Part shown: positions 34,601 through 48,600 of the stretch, piece after piece
Layout of the letters: each line of letters starts with the position of its first letter
Numbering within the stretch: position 1 is the first letter of the stretch
Assembly (NCBI GenBank): GCA_032718475.1
Contig: JAUCBJ010000179.1
Span: 14,625 to 78,624 of the forward strand
Length of the DNA stretch: 64,000 bases
Direction of reading: 5' to 3'
DNA from: Nemertoderma westbladi
Lineage: Eukaryota > Animalia > Xenacoelomorpha
Notes under the pieces: model-generated
What the model was told of the DNA's origin: nothing
What the model saw: only the letters and a program-made list of their open reading frames with translations
Database searches by the model: none
Program-made: the position numbers and the translations under genes

Positions 34601-37600
34601 GTTGAGTTCCAATTGCTGCTAAATGGTTCCCTCCGAGTTACCAGATCGTGCTCAATAATGGTGACAAACTTACACGGGTAAAGGAAATGAAACAACTTAA
34701 GTTACAATTGCTGCTAAATGGTCACCTCCGAGTTACCAGAACGTGCTCAATAATGGTGACTAACTTACACGGGTAAAGGAAATGAAACAACTTGAATTCC
34801 AATTGCTGCTAAATGGTCACCTCCGAGTTACCAGAACATGCTCAAAAATAGAGACAAACTTACACGGGTAAAGGAAATGAAACAACTTGAGTTCCAATTG
34901 CTGCTAAATGGTCACCTCCGAGTTACCAGATCGTGCTCAATAATGGAGACAAAATTACACGGGTAAAGGAAATGAAACAACTTGATTTCCAATTGCTGCT
35001 AAATGGTCACCTCCGAGTTACCAGATCCTGCTCAATAATGGTAACAAACTTACACGGGTAAAGGAAATGAAACAACTTGAGTTCCAATTGCTGCTAAATG
35101 GTCACCTCCGAGTTACCAGATCGTGCTCAATAATGGTGACAAACGTACACGGGTAAAGGAAATGAAACAACTTGAGTTCCAATGGCTGCTAAATGGTTCC
35201 CTCCGAGTTGCCAGATCGTGCTCAATAATGGTGACAAACTTACACGGGAAAAGGAAATAAACAACTTGAGTTCCAATTGCTGCTAAATTGTCACCTCCGA
35301 GTTACCAGATCGTGCTCAATAATGGTGACAAATTTACACGGGTAAAGGAAATGAAACAACTTGATTTCCAATTGCTGCTAAATGGTTCGTTCCGAGTTAC
35401 CAGAACGTGCCCAAAAATAGAGACAAACTTACACGGGTAAAGGAAATGAAACAACTTGAGTTCCAGTTGCTGCTAAATGGTTCCCTACAAGTTACCAGAT
35501 CGTGCTCAATAATGGTGACAAACTTACACGGGTAAAGGAAATGAAACAAGTTGAGTTCCAATTGCTGCTAAATGGTTCCCTCCGAGTTACCAGATCGTGC
35601 TCAATAATGGTGACAAACTTACACGGGTAAATGAAATGAAACAACTTGAGTTACAATTGCTGCTAAATGGTCACCTCCGAGTTACCAGAACGTGCTCAAT
35701 AATGGTGACTAACTTACACGGGTAAAGGAAATGAAACAACTTGAATTCCAATTGCTGCTAAATGGTCACCTCCGAGTTACCAGAACATGCTCAAAAATAG
35801 AGACAAACTTACACGGGTAAAGGAAATGAAACAACTTGAGTTCCAATTGCTGCTAAATGGTCACCTCCGAGTTACCAGATCGTGCTCAATAATGGAGACA
35901 AAATTACACGGGTAAAGGAAATGAAACAACTTGATTTCCAATTGCTGCTAAATGGTCACCTCCGAGTTACCAGATCGTGCTCAATAATGGTGACAAACTT
36001 ACACGGGTAAAGGAAATGAAACAACTTGAGTTCCAATTGCTGCTAAATGGTCACCTCCGAGATACCAGATCGTGCTCAATAATGGTGATAAACTTACACG
36101 GGTAAATGAAATGAAACAACTTGAGTTCCAATTGCTGCTAAATGGTCACCTCCGAGTTACCAGAACGTGCTCAAAAATAGAGACAAACTTACACGGGTAA
36201 AGGAAATGAAACAACTTGAGTTCCAATTGCTGCTAAATGCTTCCCTCCGAGTTACCAGATCGTGCTCAATAATGGTGACAAACTTACACGGGTAAAGGAA
36301 ATGAAACAACTTGTGTTCCAATTACTGCTAAATGGTCCCCTTCGAGTTACCAGATCGTATAATGGTGACAAACTTACACGGGTGAAGGAAATGAAACAAC
36401 TTGTGTTCCAATTACTGCTAAATGGTTCCCTCCGAGTTACCAGATCGTGCTCAATAATGATGACAAACTTACACGGGTAAAGGAAATGAAACAACTTGTG
36501 TTCCAATTACTGCTAAATGGTCCCCTTCGAGTTACCAGATCGTATAATGGTGACAAACTTACACGGGTGAAGGAAATGAATCAACTTGTGTTCCAATTAC
36601 TGCTAAATGGTTCCCTCCGAGTTACCAGATCGTGCTCAATAATGATGACAAACTTACACGGGTAAAGGAAATGAAACAACTTGAGTTCCAATTGCTGCTA
36701 AATGGTCACCTCCGAGTTACCAGATCGTGCTCAATAATGGTGACAAACTTACACGGGTAAAGGAAATGAAACAACTTGAGTTCCAATTGCTGCTAAATGG
36801 TTCCCTCCGAGTTACCAGATCCTGCTCAATAATGGTAACAAACTTACACGGGTAAAGGAAATGAAACAACTTGAGTTACAATTGCTGCTAAATGGACACC
36901 TCCGAGTTACCAGAACGTGCTCAATAATGGTTACAAACTTACACGGGTAAAGGAAATGAAACAACTTGAGTTACAATTGCTGCTAAATGGTCACCTCCGA
37001 GTTACCAGAACGTGCTCAATAATGGTGACAAAATTACACGGGTAAAGGAAATGAAACAACTTGAGTTCCAATTGCTGCTAAATGGTCACCTCCGAGTTAC
37101 CAGATCGTGCTCAATAATGGTGACAAACTTACACGGGTAAAGGAAATGAAACAACTTGAGTTCCAATTGCTGCTAAATGGTCACCTCCGAGTTACCAGAT
37201 CGTGCTCAATAATGGTGACAAACGTACACGGGTAAAGGAAATGAAACAACTTGAGTTCCAATTGCTGCTAAATGGTTCCCTCCGAGTTACCAGATCGTGC
37301 TCAATAATGGTGACAAACTTACACGGGTAAAGGAAATTAAACAACTTGAGTTCCAATTGCTGCTAAATTGTCACCTCCGAGTTACCAGATCGTGCTCAAC
37401 AATGGTGACAAACTTACACGGGTAAAGGAAATGAAACAACTTGAGTTCCAATTGCTGCTAAATGGTCACCTCCGAGTTACCAGATCGTGCTCAATAATGG
37501 TGACAAACTTACACGGGTAAAGGAAATGAAACAACTTGAGTTCCAATTGCTGATAAATGGTTCCCTCCGAGTTACCAGATCGTGCTCAATAATGGTGACA

Positions 37601-40600
37601 AACTTACACGGGTAAAGGAAATGAAACAACTTGAGTTCCAATTGCTGCTAAATGGTTCCCTCCGAGTTACCAGATCGTGCTCAATAATGGTGATAAACTT
37701 ACACGGGTAAAGGAAATGAAACAACTTGAGTTCCAATTGCTGCTAAATGGTCACCTCCGAGTTACCAGATCGTGCTCAATAATGGTGACAAACGTACACG
37801 GGTAAAGGAAATGAAACAACTTGAGTTCCAATGGCTGCTAAATGGTTCCCTCCGAGTTGCCAGATCGTGCTCAATAATGGTGACAAACTTACACGGGAAA
37901 AGGAAATTAAACAACTTGAGTTCCAATTACTGCTAAATTGTCACCTCCGAGTTACCAGATCGTGCTCAATAATGGTGACAAATTTACACGGGTAAAGGAA
38001 ATGAAACAACTTGATTTCCAATTGCTGCTAAATGGTTCGTTCCGAGTTACCAGAACGTGCCCAAAAATAGAGACAAACTTACACGGGTAAAGGAAATGAA
38101 ACAACTTGAGTTCCAGTTGCTGCTAAATGGTTCCCTCCAAGTTACCAGATCGTGCTCAATAATGGTGACAAACTTACACGGGTAAAGGAAATGAAACAAG
38201 TTGAGTTCCAATTGCTGCTAAATGGTTCCCTCCGAGTTACCAGATCGTGCTCAATAATGGTGACAAACTTACACGGGTAAAGGAAATGAAACAACTTGAG
38301 TTACAATTGCTGCTAAATGGTCACCTCCGAGTTACCAGAACGTGCTCAATAATGGTGACTAACTTACACGGGTAAAGGAAATGAAACAACTTGAATTCCA
38401 ATTGCTGCTAAATGGTCACCTCCGAGTTACCAGAACATGCTCAAAAATAGAGACAAACTTACACGGGTAAAGGAAATGAAACAACTTGTGTTCCAATTAC
38501 TGCTAAATGGTCCCCTTCGAGTTACCAGATCGTATAATGGTGACAAACTTACACGGGTGAAGGAAATGAAACAACTTGTGTTCCAATTACTGCTAAATGG
38601 TTCCCTCCGAGTTACCAGATCGTGCTCAATAATGATGACAAACTTACACGGGTAAAGGAAATGAAACAACTTGAGTTCCAATTGCTGCTAAATGGTCACC
38701 TCCGAGTTACCAGATCGTGCTCAATAATGGTGACAAACTTACACGGGTAAAGGAAATGAAACAACTTGAGTTCCAATTGCTGCTAAATGGTTCCCTCCGA
38801 GTTGCCAGATCCTGCTCAATAATGGTAACAAACTTACACGGGTAAAGGAAATGAAACAACTTGAGTTCCAATTGCTGCTAAATGGTCACCTCCGAGTTAC
38901 CAGATCGTGCTCAATAATGGTGACAAACGTACACGGGTAAAGGAAATGAAACAACTTGAGTTCCAATGGCTGCTAAATGGTTCCCTCCGAGTTGCCAGAT
39001 CGTGCTCAATAATGGTGACAAACTTACACGGGAAAAGGAAATTAAACAACTTGAGTTCCAATTGCTGCTAAATTGTCACCTCCGAGTTACCAGATCGTGC
39101 TCAATAATGGTGACAAATTTACACGGGTAAAGGAAATGAAACAACTTGATTTCCAATTGCTGCTAAATGGTTCGTTCCGAGTTACCAGAACGTGCCCAAA
39201 AATAGAGACAAACTTACACGGGTAAAGGAAATGAAACAACTTGAGTTCCAGTTGCTGCTAAATGGTTCCCTCCAAGTTACCAGATCGTGCTCAATAATGG
39301 TGACAAACTTACACGGGTAAAGGAAATGAAACAAGTTGAGTTCCAATTGCTGCTAAATGGTTCCCTCCGAGTTACCAGATCGTGCTCAATAATGGTGACA
39401 AACTTACACGGGTAAAGGAAATGAAACAACTTGAGTTACAATTGCTGCTAAATGGTCACCTCCGAGTTACCAGAACGTGCTCAATAATGGTGACTAACTT
39501 ACACGGGTAAAGGAAATGAAACAACTTGAATTCCAATTGCTGCTAAATGGTCACCTCCGAGTTACCAGAACATGCTCAAAAATAGAGACAAACTTACACG
39601 GGTAAAGGAAATGAAACAACTTGAGTTCCAATTGCTGCTAAATGGTCACCTCCGAGTTACCAGATCGTGCTCAATAATGGAGACAAAATTACACGGGTAA
39701 AGGAAATGAAACAACTTGATTTCCAATTGCTGCTAAATGGTCACCTCCGAGTTACCAGATCGTGCTCAATAATGGTGACAAACTTACACGGGTAAAGGAA
39801 ATGAAACAACTTGAGTTCCAATTGCTGCTAAATGGTCACCTCCGAGATACCAGATCGTGCTCAATAATGGTGATAAACTTACACGGGTAAATGAAATGAA
39901 ACAACTTGAGTTCCAATTGCTGCTAAATGGTCACCTCCGAGTTACCAGAACGTGCTCAAAAATAGAGACAAACTTACACGGGTAAAGGAAATGAAACAAC
40001 TTGAGTTCCAATTGCTGCTAAATGCTTCCCTCCGAGTTACCAGATCGTGCTCAATAATGGTGACAAACTTACACGGGTAAAGGAAATGAAACAACTTGTG
40101 TTCCAATTACTGCTAAATGGTCCCCTTCGAGTTACCAGATCGTATAATGGTGACAAACTTACACGGGTGAAGGAAATGAAACAACTTGTGTTCCAATTAC
40201 TGCTAAATGGTTCCCTCCGAGTTACCAGATCGTGCTCAATAATGATGACAAACTTACACGGGTAAAGGAAATGAAACAACTTGAGTTCCAATTGCTGCTA
40301 AATGGTCACCTCCGAGTTACCAGATCGTGCTCAATAATGGTGACAAACTTACACGGGTAAAGGAAATGAAACAACTTGAGTTCCAATTGCTGCTAAATGG
40401 TTCCCTCCGAGTTACCAGATCCTGCTCAATAATGGTAACAAACTTACACGGGTAAAGGAAGTGAAACAACTTGAGTTACAATTGCTGCTAAATGGACACC
40501 TCCGAGTTACCAGAACGTGCTCAATAATGGTTACAAACTTACACGGGTAAAGGAAATGAAACAACTTGAGTTACAATTGCTGCTAAATGGTCACCTCCGA

Positions 40601-43600
40601 GTTACCAGAACGTGCTCAATAATGGTGACAAAATTACACGGGTAAAGGAAATGAAACAACTTGAGTTCCAATTGCTGCTAAATGGTCACCTCCGAGTTAC
40701 CAGATCGTGCTCAATAATGGTGACAAACTTACACGGGTAAAGGAAATGAAACAACTTGAGTTCCAATTGCTGATAAATGGTTCCCTCCGAGTTACCAGAT
40801 CGTGCTCAATAATGGTGACAAACTTACACGGGTAAAGGAAATGAAACAACTTGAGTTCCAATTGCTGCTAAATGGTTCCCTCCGAGTTACCAGATCGTGC
40901 TCAATAATGGTGATAAACTTACACGGGTAAAGGAAATGAAACAACTTGAGTTCCAATTGCTGCTAAATGGTCACCTCCGAGTTACCAGATCGTGCTCAAT
41001 AATGGTGACAAACGTACACGGGTAAAGGAAATGAAACAACTTGAGTTCCAATGGCTGCTAAATGGTTCCCTCCGAGTTGCCAGATCGTGCTCAATAATGG
41101 TGACAAACTTACACGGGAAAAGGAAATTAAACAACTTGAGTTCCAATTGCTGCTAAATTGTCACCTCCGAGTTACCAGATCGTGCTCAATAATGGTGACA
41201 AATTTACACGGGTAAAGGAAATGAAACAACTTGATTTCCAATTGCTGCTAAATGGTTCGTTCCGAGTTACCAGAACGTGCCCAAAAATAGAGACAAACTT
41301 ACACGGGTAAAGGAAATGAAACAACTTGAGTTCCAGTTGCTGCTAAATGGTTCCCTCCAAGTTACCAGATCGTGCTCAATAATGGTGACAAACTTACACG
41401 GGTAAAGGAAATGAAACAAGTTGAGTTCCAATTGCTGCTAAATGGTTCCCTCCGAGTTACCAGATCGTGCTCAATAATGGTGACAAACTTACACGGGTAA
41501 AGGAAATGAAACAACTTGAGTTCCAATTGCTGCTAAATGGTTCCCTCCGAGTTACCAGATCGTGCTCAATAATGGTGACAAACTTACACGGGTAAAGGAA
41601 ATGAAACAACTTGAGTTCCAATTGCTGATAAATGGTTCCCTCCGAGTTACCAGATCGTGCTCAATAATGGTGACAAACTTACACGGGTAAAGGAAATGAA
41701 ACAACTTGAGTTCCAATTGCTGCTAAATGGTTCCCTCCGAGTTACCATATCGTGCTCAATAATGGTGATAAACTTACACGGGTAAAGGAAATGAAACAAC
41801 TTGAGTTCCAATTGCTGCTAAATGGTCACCTCCGAGTTACCAGATCGTGCTCAATAATGGTGACAAACGTACACGGGTAAAGGAAATGAAACAACTTGAG
41901 TTCCAATGGCTGCTAAATGGTTCCCTCCGAGTTGCCAGATCGTGCTCAATAATGGTGACAAACTTACACGGGAAAAGGAAATTAAACAACTTGAGTTCCA
42001 ATTGCTGCTAAATTGTCACCTCCGAGTTACCAGATCGTGCTCAATAATGGTGACAAATTTACACGGGTAAAGGAAATGAAACAACTTGATTTCCAATTGC
42101 TGCTAAATGGTTCGTTCCGAGTTACCAGAACGTGCCCAAAAATAGAGACAAACTTACACGGGTAAAGGAAATGAAACAACTTGAGTTCCAGTTGCTGCTA
42201 AATGGTTCCCTCCAAGTTACCAGATCGTGCTCAATAATGGTGACAAACTTACACGGGTAAAGGAAATGAAACAAGTTGAGTTCCAATTGCTGCTAAATGG
42301 TTCCCTCCGAGTTACCAGATCGTGCTCAATAATGGTGACAAACTTACACGGGAAAAGGAAATTAAACAACTTGAGTTCCAATTGCTGCTAAATTGTCACC
42401 TCCGAGTTACCAGATCGTGGTCAATAATGGTGACAAATTTACACGGGTAAAGGAAATGAAACAACTTGAGTTCCAATTGCTGCTAAATGGTCACCTCCGA
42501 GTTACCAGAACGTGCTCAATAATGGTGACAAATTTACACGGGTAAAGGAAATAAAACAATTTGAGTTCCAGTTGCTGCTAAATGGTTCCCTCCAAGTTAC
42601 CAGATCGTGCTCAATAATGGTGACAAACTTACACGGGTAAAGGAAATGAAACAACTTGAGTTCCAATTGCTGCTAAGTGGTCACCTCCGAGTTACCAGAT
42701 CGTGCTCAATAATGGTGATAAACTTACACGGGTAAAGGAAATGAAACAACTTGAGTTCCAATCGCTGCTAAATGGTCACCTCCGAGTTACCAGATCGTGC
42801 TCAATAATTGTGACAAACTTACACGGGTAAAGGAAATAAAACAACTTGAGTTCCAGTTGCTGCTAAATGGTTCCCTCCAAGTTACCAGATCGTGCTCAAT
42901 AATGGTGACAAACTTACACGGGTAAAGGAAATGAAACAACTTGAGTTCCAATTGCTGCTAAGTGGTCACCTCCGAGTTACCAGATCGTGCTCAATAATGG
43001 TGATAAACTTACACGGGTAAAGGAAATGAAACAACTTGAGTTCCAATCGCTGCTAAATGGTCACCTCCGAGTTACCAGATCGTGCTCAATAATTGTGACA
43101 AACTTACACGGGAAAAGGAAATGAAACAACTTGAGTTCCAATTGCTGCTAAATGGTCACCTCCGAGTTAGCAGATCGTGCTCAATAATGGTAATAAACTT
43201 ACACGGGTAAAGGAAATGAAACAACTTGAGTTCCAATTGCTGCTAAATGGTCACCTCCGAGTTACCAGAACGTGCTCAATAATGGTGACAAACTTACACG
43301 GGTAAAGGAAATGAAACATCTTGGTAATGTGTTTCACTACTAGAATAAGTTTGATTGAGATCTCTGTCTTAAACGGGTAAGTTTTATCGGGAATATGAAT
43401 TGTCTCCGCCAGGAATTCTCTTTTGCATACTCACTCAGTCAGAGTTGCATTGAGTTTATACAACAAGTTTATATGGAAACGGATTATGAAACATCTGGTC
43501 GGATGCTTTGCTGCACCTCGTAACTGCGTGGAACAAAATTTTCGAACTACCTGGCATCTCTTACATAATTAATACCCACAGGTACATCGTTGAATATCTA
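31634..43600 (+). pseudogene. Degenerate non-LTR reverse transcriptase (RTEX-like) split by a satellite array
   Basis: Left flank KKGLSAIFLR..YVGQ, FRITNGVK, LSPVLF, SGIGCHIG, YAGN (decayed YADD, 31912), LLCPSISGL, FSTNVDLTMSKT; right flank MKHLGNV, KRVSFIGNMNCLRQEFSFA, LYGNGL, TAWNK, NTHRYIVE. Confidence 0.75.
32035..43313. repeat. 95-bp satellite array, about 119 monomers
   Basis: Monomer AAACAACTTGAGTTCCAATTGCTGCTAAATGGTCACCTCCGAGTTACCAGATCGTGCTCAATAATGGTGACAAACTTACACGGGTAAAGGAAATG. Confidence 0.98.
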
Positions 43601-43857
43601 AACACCTTCCAGCATATCCCTTTGTGATTCTGTGTTGGATATTCGCGACTATGAAAAATAGTAATAATAATAATAATACTTACGATGGACTAATTTTTGG
43701 ACATACATTTCTAATAATTATAGTTTTAGGACTAAAAACTAACTAATTAGCTTACAGTACATACTCAGCACAACCTTTTACATTACAAATATATATTTTA
43801 AAAAAATCCTGACGATGTAAAGTTATTATAAAGTAACAGTTTCAACTACGTGAATCC

Positions 43858-43974
43858 CTAAAGTCTTGTGAAGCTCTCAGCAATTTCAGTAACTACGAGT
43901 GAAGATGGAGTGGATTGTGTCCTAGTGATTCCAAGGCCTTCATTTCCTTCGTCTTCAAAAAACATTGGATTTTC
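43858..43974 (-). CDS. SLC5 symporter, terminal coding exon
   Basis: tttcag|ENPMFFEDEG...ESFTRL*; phase 0; ends in TRL, a PDZ-binding-like terminus. Confidence 0.7.
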   Translation of the reverse strand, partial: ENPMFFEDEGNEGLGITRTQSTPSSLVVTEIAESFTRL

Positions 43975-44263
43975 CTGAAAGCAAAAGAGGAAATAATAGC
44001 TGAATATGTGCTCTAAAACCTAAACTTTCCTATAAATTTTTCAATACAAAGTACCCCCCCCCCCCCCCCCCCCTCCCTTTCAAACAATGTATTATAATTA
44101 TTTTAAATGAGCTTTAATGAAAGTGGTTTTTAACTACAAAAACTACAACACCAAAAATTAAATCTCATTAAAATTTAATAAAGTGGAAAGAAACTTATCC
44201 GAAAGTAAGAAGGATTTTTTTAAAGAAATACAAAAAGATAAAATTATGAAAATGTAAACTTAC

Positions 44264-44433
44264 TAAATAAAAAGAATTGTTTTGGGAAATATCACCAGAT
44301 ATGGTATGTATAGGGTTGGTATCATCATCTGGTTTACAATAAGTCGAACATTTACCACACCAAGGAGGCAATTTGTCAACCAGTCGTAGTATTAGAGGAA
44401 ATATCAATTTTGAGTTTGTGTCTGTAGAAAAGC
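44264..44433 (-). CDS. SLC5 symporter, penultimate exon
   Basis: ccag|GFSTDTNSKLIFPLILRLVDKLPPWC...SFYL|gtaagt; phases fit the neighbouring exons. Confidence 0.7.
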
Positions 44434-44574
44434 CTGGAATTACAAACATTAATTAATAAAGCAATTATATCCCAATTATCCAAATTAATTGATACAGGAA
44501 GCTACTCAGGAAGCATGATAATTGAAATTCTAAATTCTAATGATAATATGAAGTCGTATCAATAAGTCAACAGT

Positions 44575-44862
44575 ACCACGTTCGTGGGGCGTCGCGCAGC
44601 ACGCGAACTTGAATAAGTTCGAAACAAGTTCGATTTGATCTGGAGTCAAAAGTTCGAGAGGTATTTGCCCGTAACTTTCAAAAATATTGGAAATTTTTCT
44701 CTAGTATGTCTATACAAAATTTGGTTATTAAAAACTTTAAAAGTTATTTATTTACGCATGAATTTTTCATTAAAAGACAGACAGACGGACATGAAATTTT
44801 GCCCCATTTACTAATTATAATTGTGCGCTAAGGCTCGCCTTTACTGCGTGGCTCGCCCCACA
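44575..44862 (-). mobile_element. Short Helentron-like (DINE-1-like) element
   Basis: Minus strand begins TGTGGGGCGAGCCACGCAGT..GAGCCTTAGCG, has a (GTCY)n tract and ends CGTGCTGCGCGACGCCCCACGAACGTG. Confidence 0.7.
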
Positions 44863-45103
44863 TGACACTACAGTAAGTTGTTCTATCTGGCTCGGCAATT
44901 ACAGTAGTAGGCCTAAATAATAATCTCAAAATAAACTTATATTCCAGTAACATAAAGCACCATAGCAATATTTATTTCATTGCTATTTGCAGTTATTAAA
45001 TGTATACCAGTAGACCTAGTCTCTTTCATTACCTAATGAATGATGTTAATGTGCTATAGGATGATGGGAAACCCAAATTAAAATAGACTATTTTTATGGT
45101 CAC

Positions 45104-45368
45104 CTGTGATGGCACTAGCTATAATCCCAAAAATTATCGCGGCAAAGAACCCAATCATGGAATACCATATGTACGATACTGAATACAGTGTTTGAGCGAT
45201 CCAAGGTATATACCGAGTAGGGGGAGGTGTCGGCAATGTGAGGTTGACTTCTAGACACCCATCCACAGATAGAGGTGGCGTAAAGACCACGTTCGGTTTG
45301 TAAATTTGTTGCCCAATCGCCATCCAGAAGCATAGAATTATTGATAAACTGTAACCCAAGAATGCTCC
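45104..45368 (-). CDS. SLC5 sodium:solute symporter (SLC5A8/A12/A6-like) exon
   Basis: GAFLGYSLSIILCFWMAIGQQIY...LYSVSYIWYSMIGFF...IASAITG; AG/GT boundaries. Confidence 0.88.
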
Positions 45369-45600
45369 CTGAAAATATATTTCAAAATTGTTTACAGTTG
45401 GCCATGTCATTGTGTAATATTAAACACCACTTTTAATATAAAATAGTTATTGTTGTTGCCGACCGTGGTTTCACACTCTCATGCTTTTCCTCATGACATT
45501 AATTTAATATTAAATACGATTTAAGATTAGCATTTACGCAAGAATCTGAAACTCAAAGCAGCCCACCGAAAACATATTAGGCTGGGCCACAGCGAAACTG

Positions 45601-48600
45601 CAGAGGCATAGCGACGGGGGGAAGGGGGGGGGACGTTCCCCCGGGCGCACTCGCCAGGGACGCTGAAATGTCAGGAAAAATGTGGAAATTATTGTAAAAA
45701 TAGAACAAATCAGTGAAAATTCAGGGATTGTGATACAGTATTTACAGGACATGTGTTATAAGCGAAAATGTGGAAATTGTTGTAAAAATAAAACAAATCA
45801 GTGAAAATTCAGGGATTGTGATACAGTATTTACAGGACATGTGTTATAAGCGAAAATGTGGAAATTATTGTAAAAATAGAACAAATCAGTAAAAATTCAG
45901 GGATTGTGATACAGTATTTACAGGACATGTGTTATAAGCGAAAATGTGGAAATTATTGTAAAAATAGAACAAATCAGTAAAAATTCAGGGATTGTGATAC
46001 AGTATTTACAGGACATGTGTTATAAGCGAAAATGTGGAAATTATTGTAAAAATAGAACAAATCAGTGAAAATTCAGGGATTGTGATACAGTATTTACAGG
46101 ACATGTGTTATAAGCGAAAATGTGGAAATTATTGTAAAAATAGAACAAATCAGTAAAAATTCAGGGATTGTGATACAGTATTTACAGGACATGTGTTATA
46201 AGCGAAAATGTGGAAATTATTGTAAAAATAGAACAAATCAGTAAAAATTCAGGGATTGTGATACAGTATTTACAGGACATGTGTTATAAGGGAAAATGTG
46301 GAAATTATTGTAAAAATAGAACAAATCAGTAAAAATTCAGGGATTGTGATACAGTATTTACAGGACATGTGTTATAAGCGAAAATGTGGAAATTATTGTA
46401 AAAATAGAACAAATCAGTAAAAATTCAGGGATTGTGATACAGTATTTACAGGACATGTGTTATAAGCGAAAATGTGGAAATTATTGTAAAAATAGAACAA
46501 ATCAGTAAAAATTCAGGGATTGTGATACAGTATTTACAGGACATGTGTTATAAGGGAAAATGTGGAAATTATTGTAAAAATAGAACAAATCAGTGAAAAT
46601 TCAGGGATTGTGATACAGTATTTACAGGACATGTGTTATAAGGGAAAATGTGGAAATTATTGTAAAAATAGAACAAATCAGTAAAAATTCAGGGATTGTG
46701 ATACAGTATTTACAGGACATGTGTTATAAGGGAAAATGTGGAAATTATTGTAAAAATAGAACAAATCAGTGAAAATTCAGGGATTGTGATACAGTATTTA
46801 CAGGACATGTGTTATAAGCGAAAATGTGGAAATTATTGTAAAAATAGAACAAATCAGTAAAAATTCAGGGATTGTGATACAGTATTTACAGGACATGTGT
46901 TATAAGGGAAAATGTGGAAATTGTTGTAAAAATAGAACAAATCAGTGAAAATTCAGGGATTGTGATACAGTATTTACAGGACATGTGTTATAAGGGAAAA
47001 TGTGGAAATTATTGTAAAAATAGAACAAATCAGTAAAAATTCAGGCATTGTGATACAGTATTTACAGGACATGTGTTATAAGGGAACATGTGGAAATTAT
47101 TGTAAAAATAGAACAAATCAGTGAAAATTCAGGGATTGTGATACAGTATTTACAGGACATGTGTTATAAGGGAAAATGTGGAAATTATTGTAAAAATAGA
47201 ACAAATCAGTGAAAATTCAGTGATTGTGATACAGTATTTACAGGACATGTGTTATAAGCGAAAATGTGGAAATTATTGTAAAAATAGAACAAATCAGTGA
47301 AAATTCAGGGATTGTGATGCAGTATTTACAGGACATGTGTTATAAGCGAAAATGTGGAAATTATTGTAAAAATAGAACAAATCAGTGAAAATTCAGTGAT
47401 TGTGATACAGTATTTACAGGACATGTGTTATAAGCGAAAATGTGGAAATTATTGTAAAAATAGAACAAATCAGTAAAAATTCAGGGATTGTGATACACAG
47501 TACAGGACATGTGTTATAAGCGAAAATGTGGAAATTATTGTAAAAATAGAACAAATCAGTGAAAATTCAGGGATTGTGATACAGTATTTACAGGACATGT
47601 GTTATAAGCGAAAATGTGGAAATTATTGTAAAAATAGAACAAATCAGTGAAAATTCAGGGATTGTGATACAGTATTTACAGGACATGTGTTATAAGCGAA
47701 AATGTGGAAATTATTGTAAAAATAGAACAAATCAGTAAAAATTCAGGGATTGTGATACAGTACAGGACATGTGTTATAAGCGAAAATGTGGAAATTATTG
47801 TAAAAATAGAACAAATCAGTGAAAATTCAGGGATTGTGATACAGTATTTACAGGACATGTGTTATAAGCGAAAATGTGGAAATTATTGTAAAAATAGAAC
47901 AAATCAGTAAAAATTCAGGGATTGTGATACAGTACAGGACATGTGTTATAAGCGAAAATGTGGAAATTATTGTAAAAATAGAACAAATCAGTGAAAATTC
48001 AGTGATTGTGATACAGTATTTACAGGACATGTGTTATAAGGGAAAATGTGGAAATTGTTGTAAAAATAGAACAAATCAGTGAAAATTCAGGGATTGTGAT
48101 ACAGTATTTACAGGACATGTGTTATAAGGGAAAATGTGGAAATTATTGTAAAAATAGAACAAATCAGTAAAAATTCAGGGATTGTGATACAGTATTTACA
48201 GGACATGTGTTATAAGGGAAAATGTGGAAATTATTGTAAAAATAGAACAAATCAGTGAAAATTCAGGGATTGTGATACAGTATTTACAGGACATGTGTTA
48301 TAAGCGAAAATGTGGAAATTATTGTAAAAATAGAACAAATCAGTGAAAATTCAGGGATTGTGATACAGTATTTACAGGACATGTGTTATAAGGGAAAATG
48401 TGGAAATTGTTGTAAAAATAGAACAAATCAGTAAAAATTCAGGGATTGTGATACAGTATTTACAGGACATGTGTTATAAGCGAAAATGTGGAAATTATTG
48501 TAAAAATAGAACAAATCAGTGAAAATTCAGTGATTGTGATACAGTATTTACAGGACATGTGTTATAAGGGAAAATGTGGAAATTATTGTAAAAATAGAAC

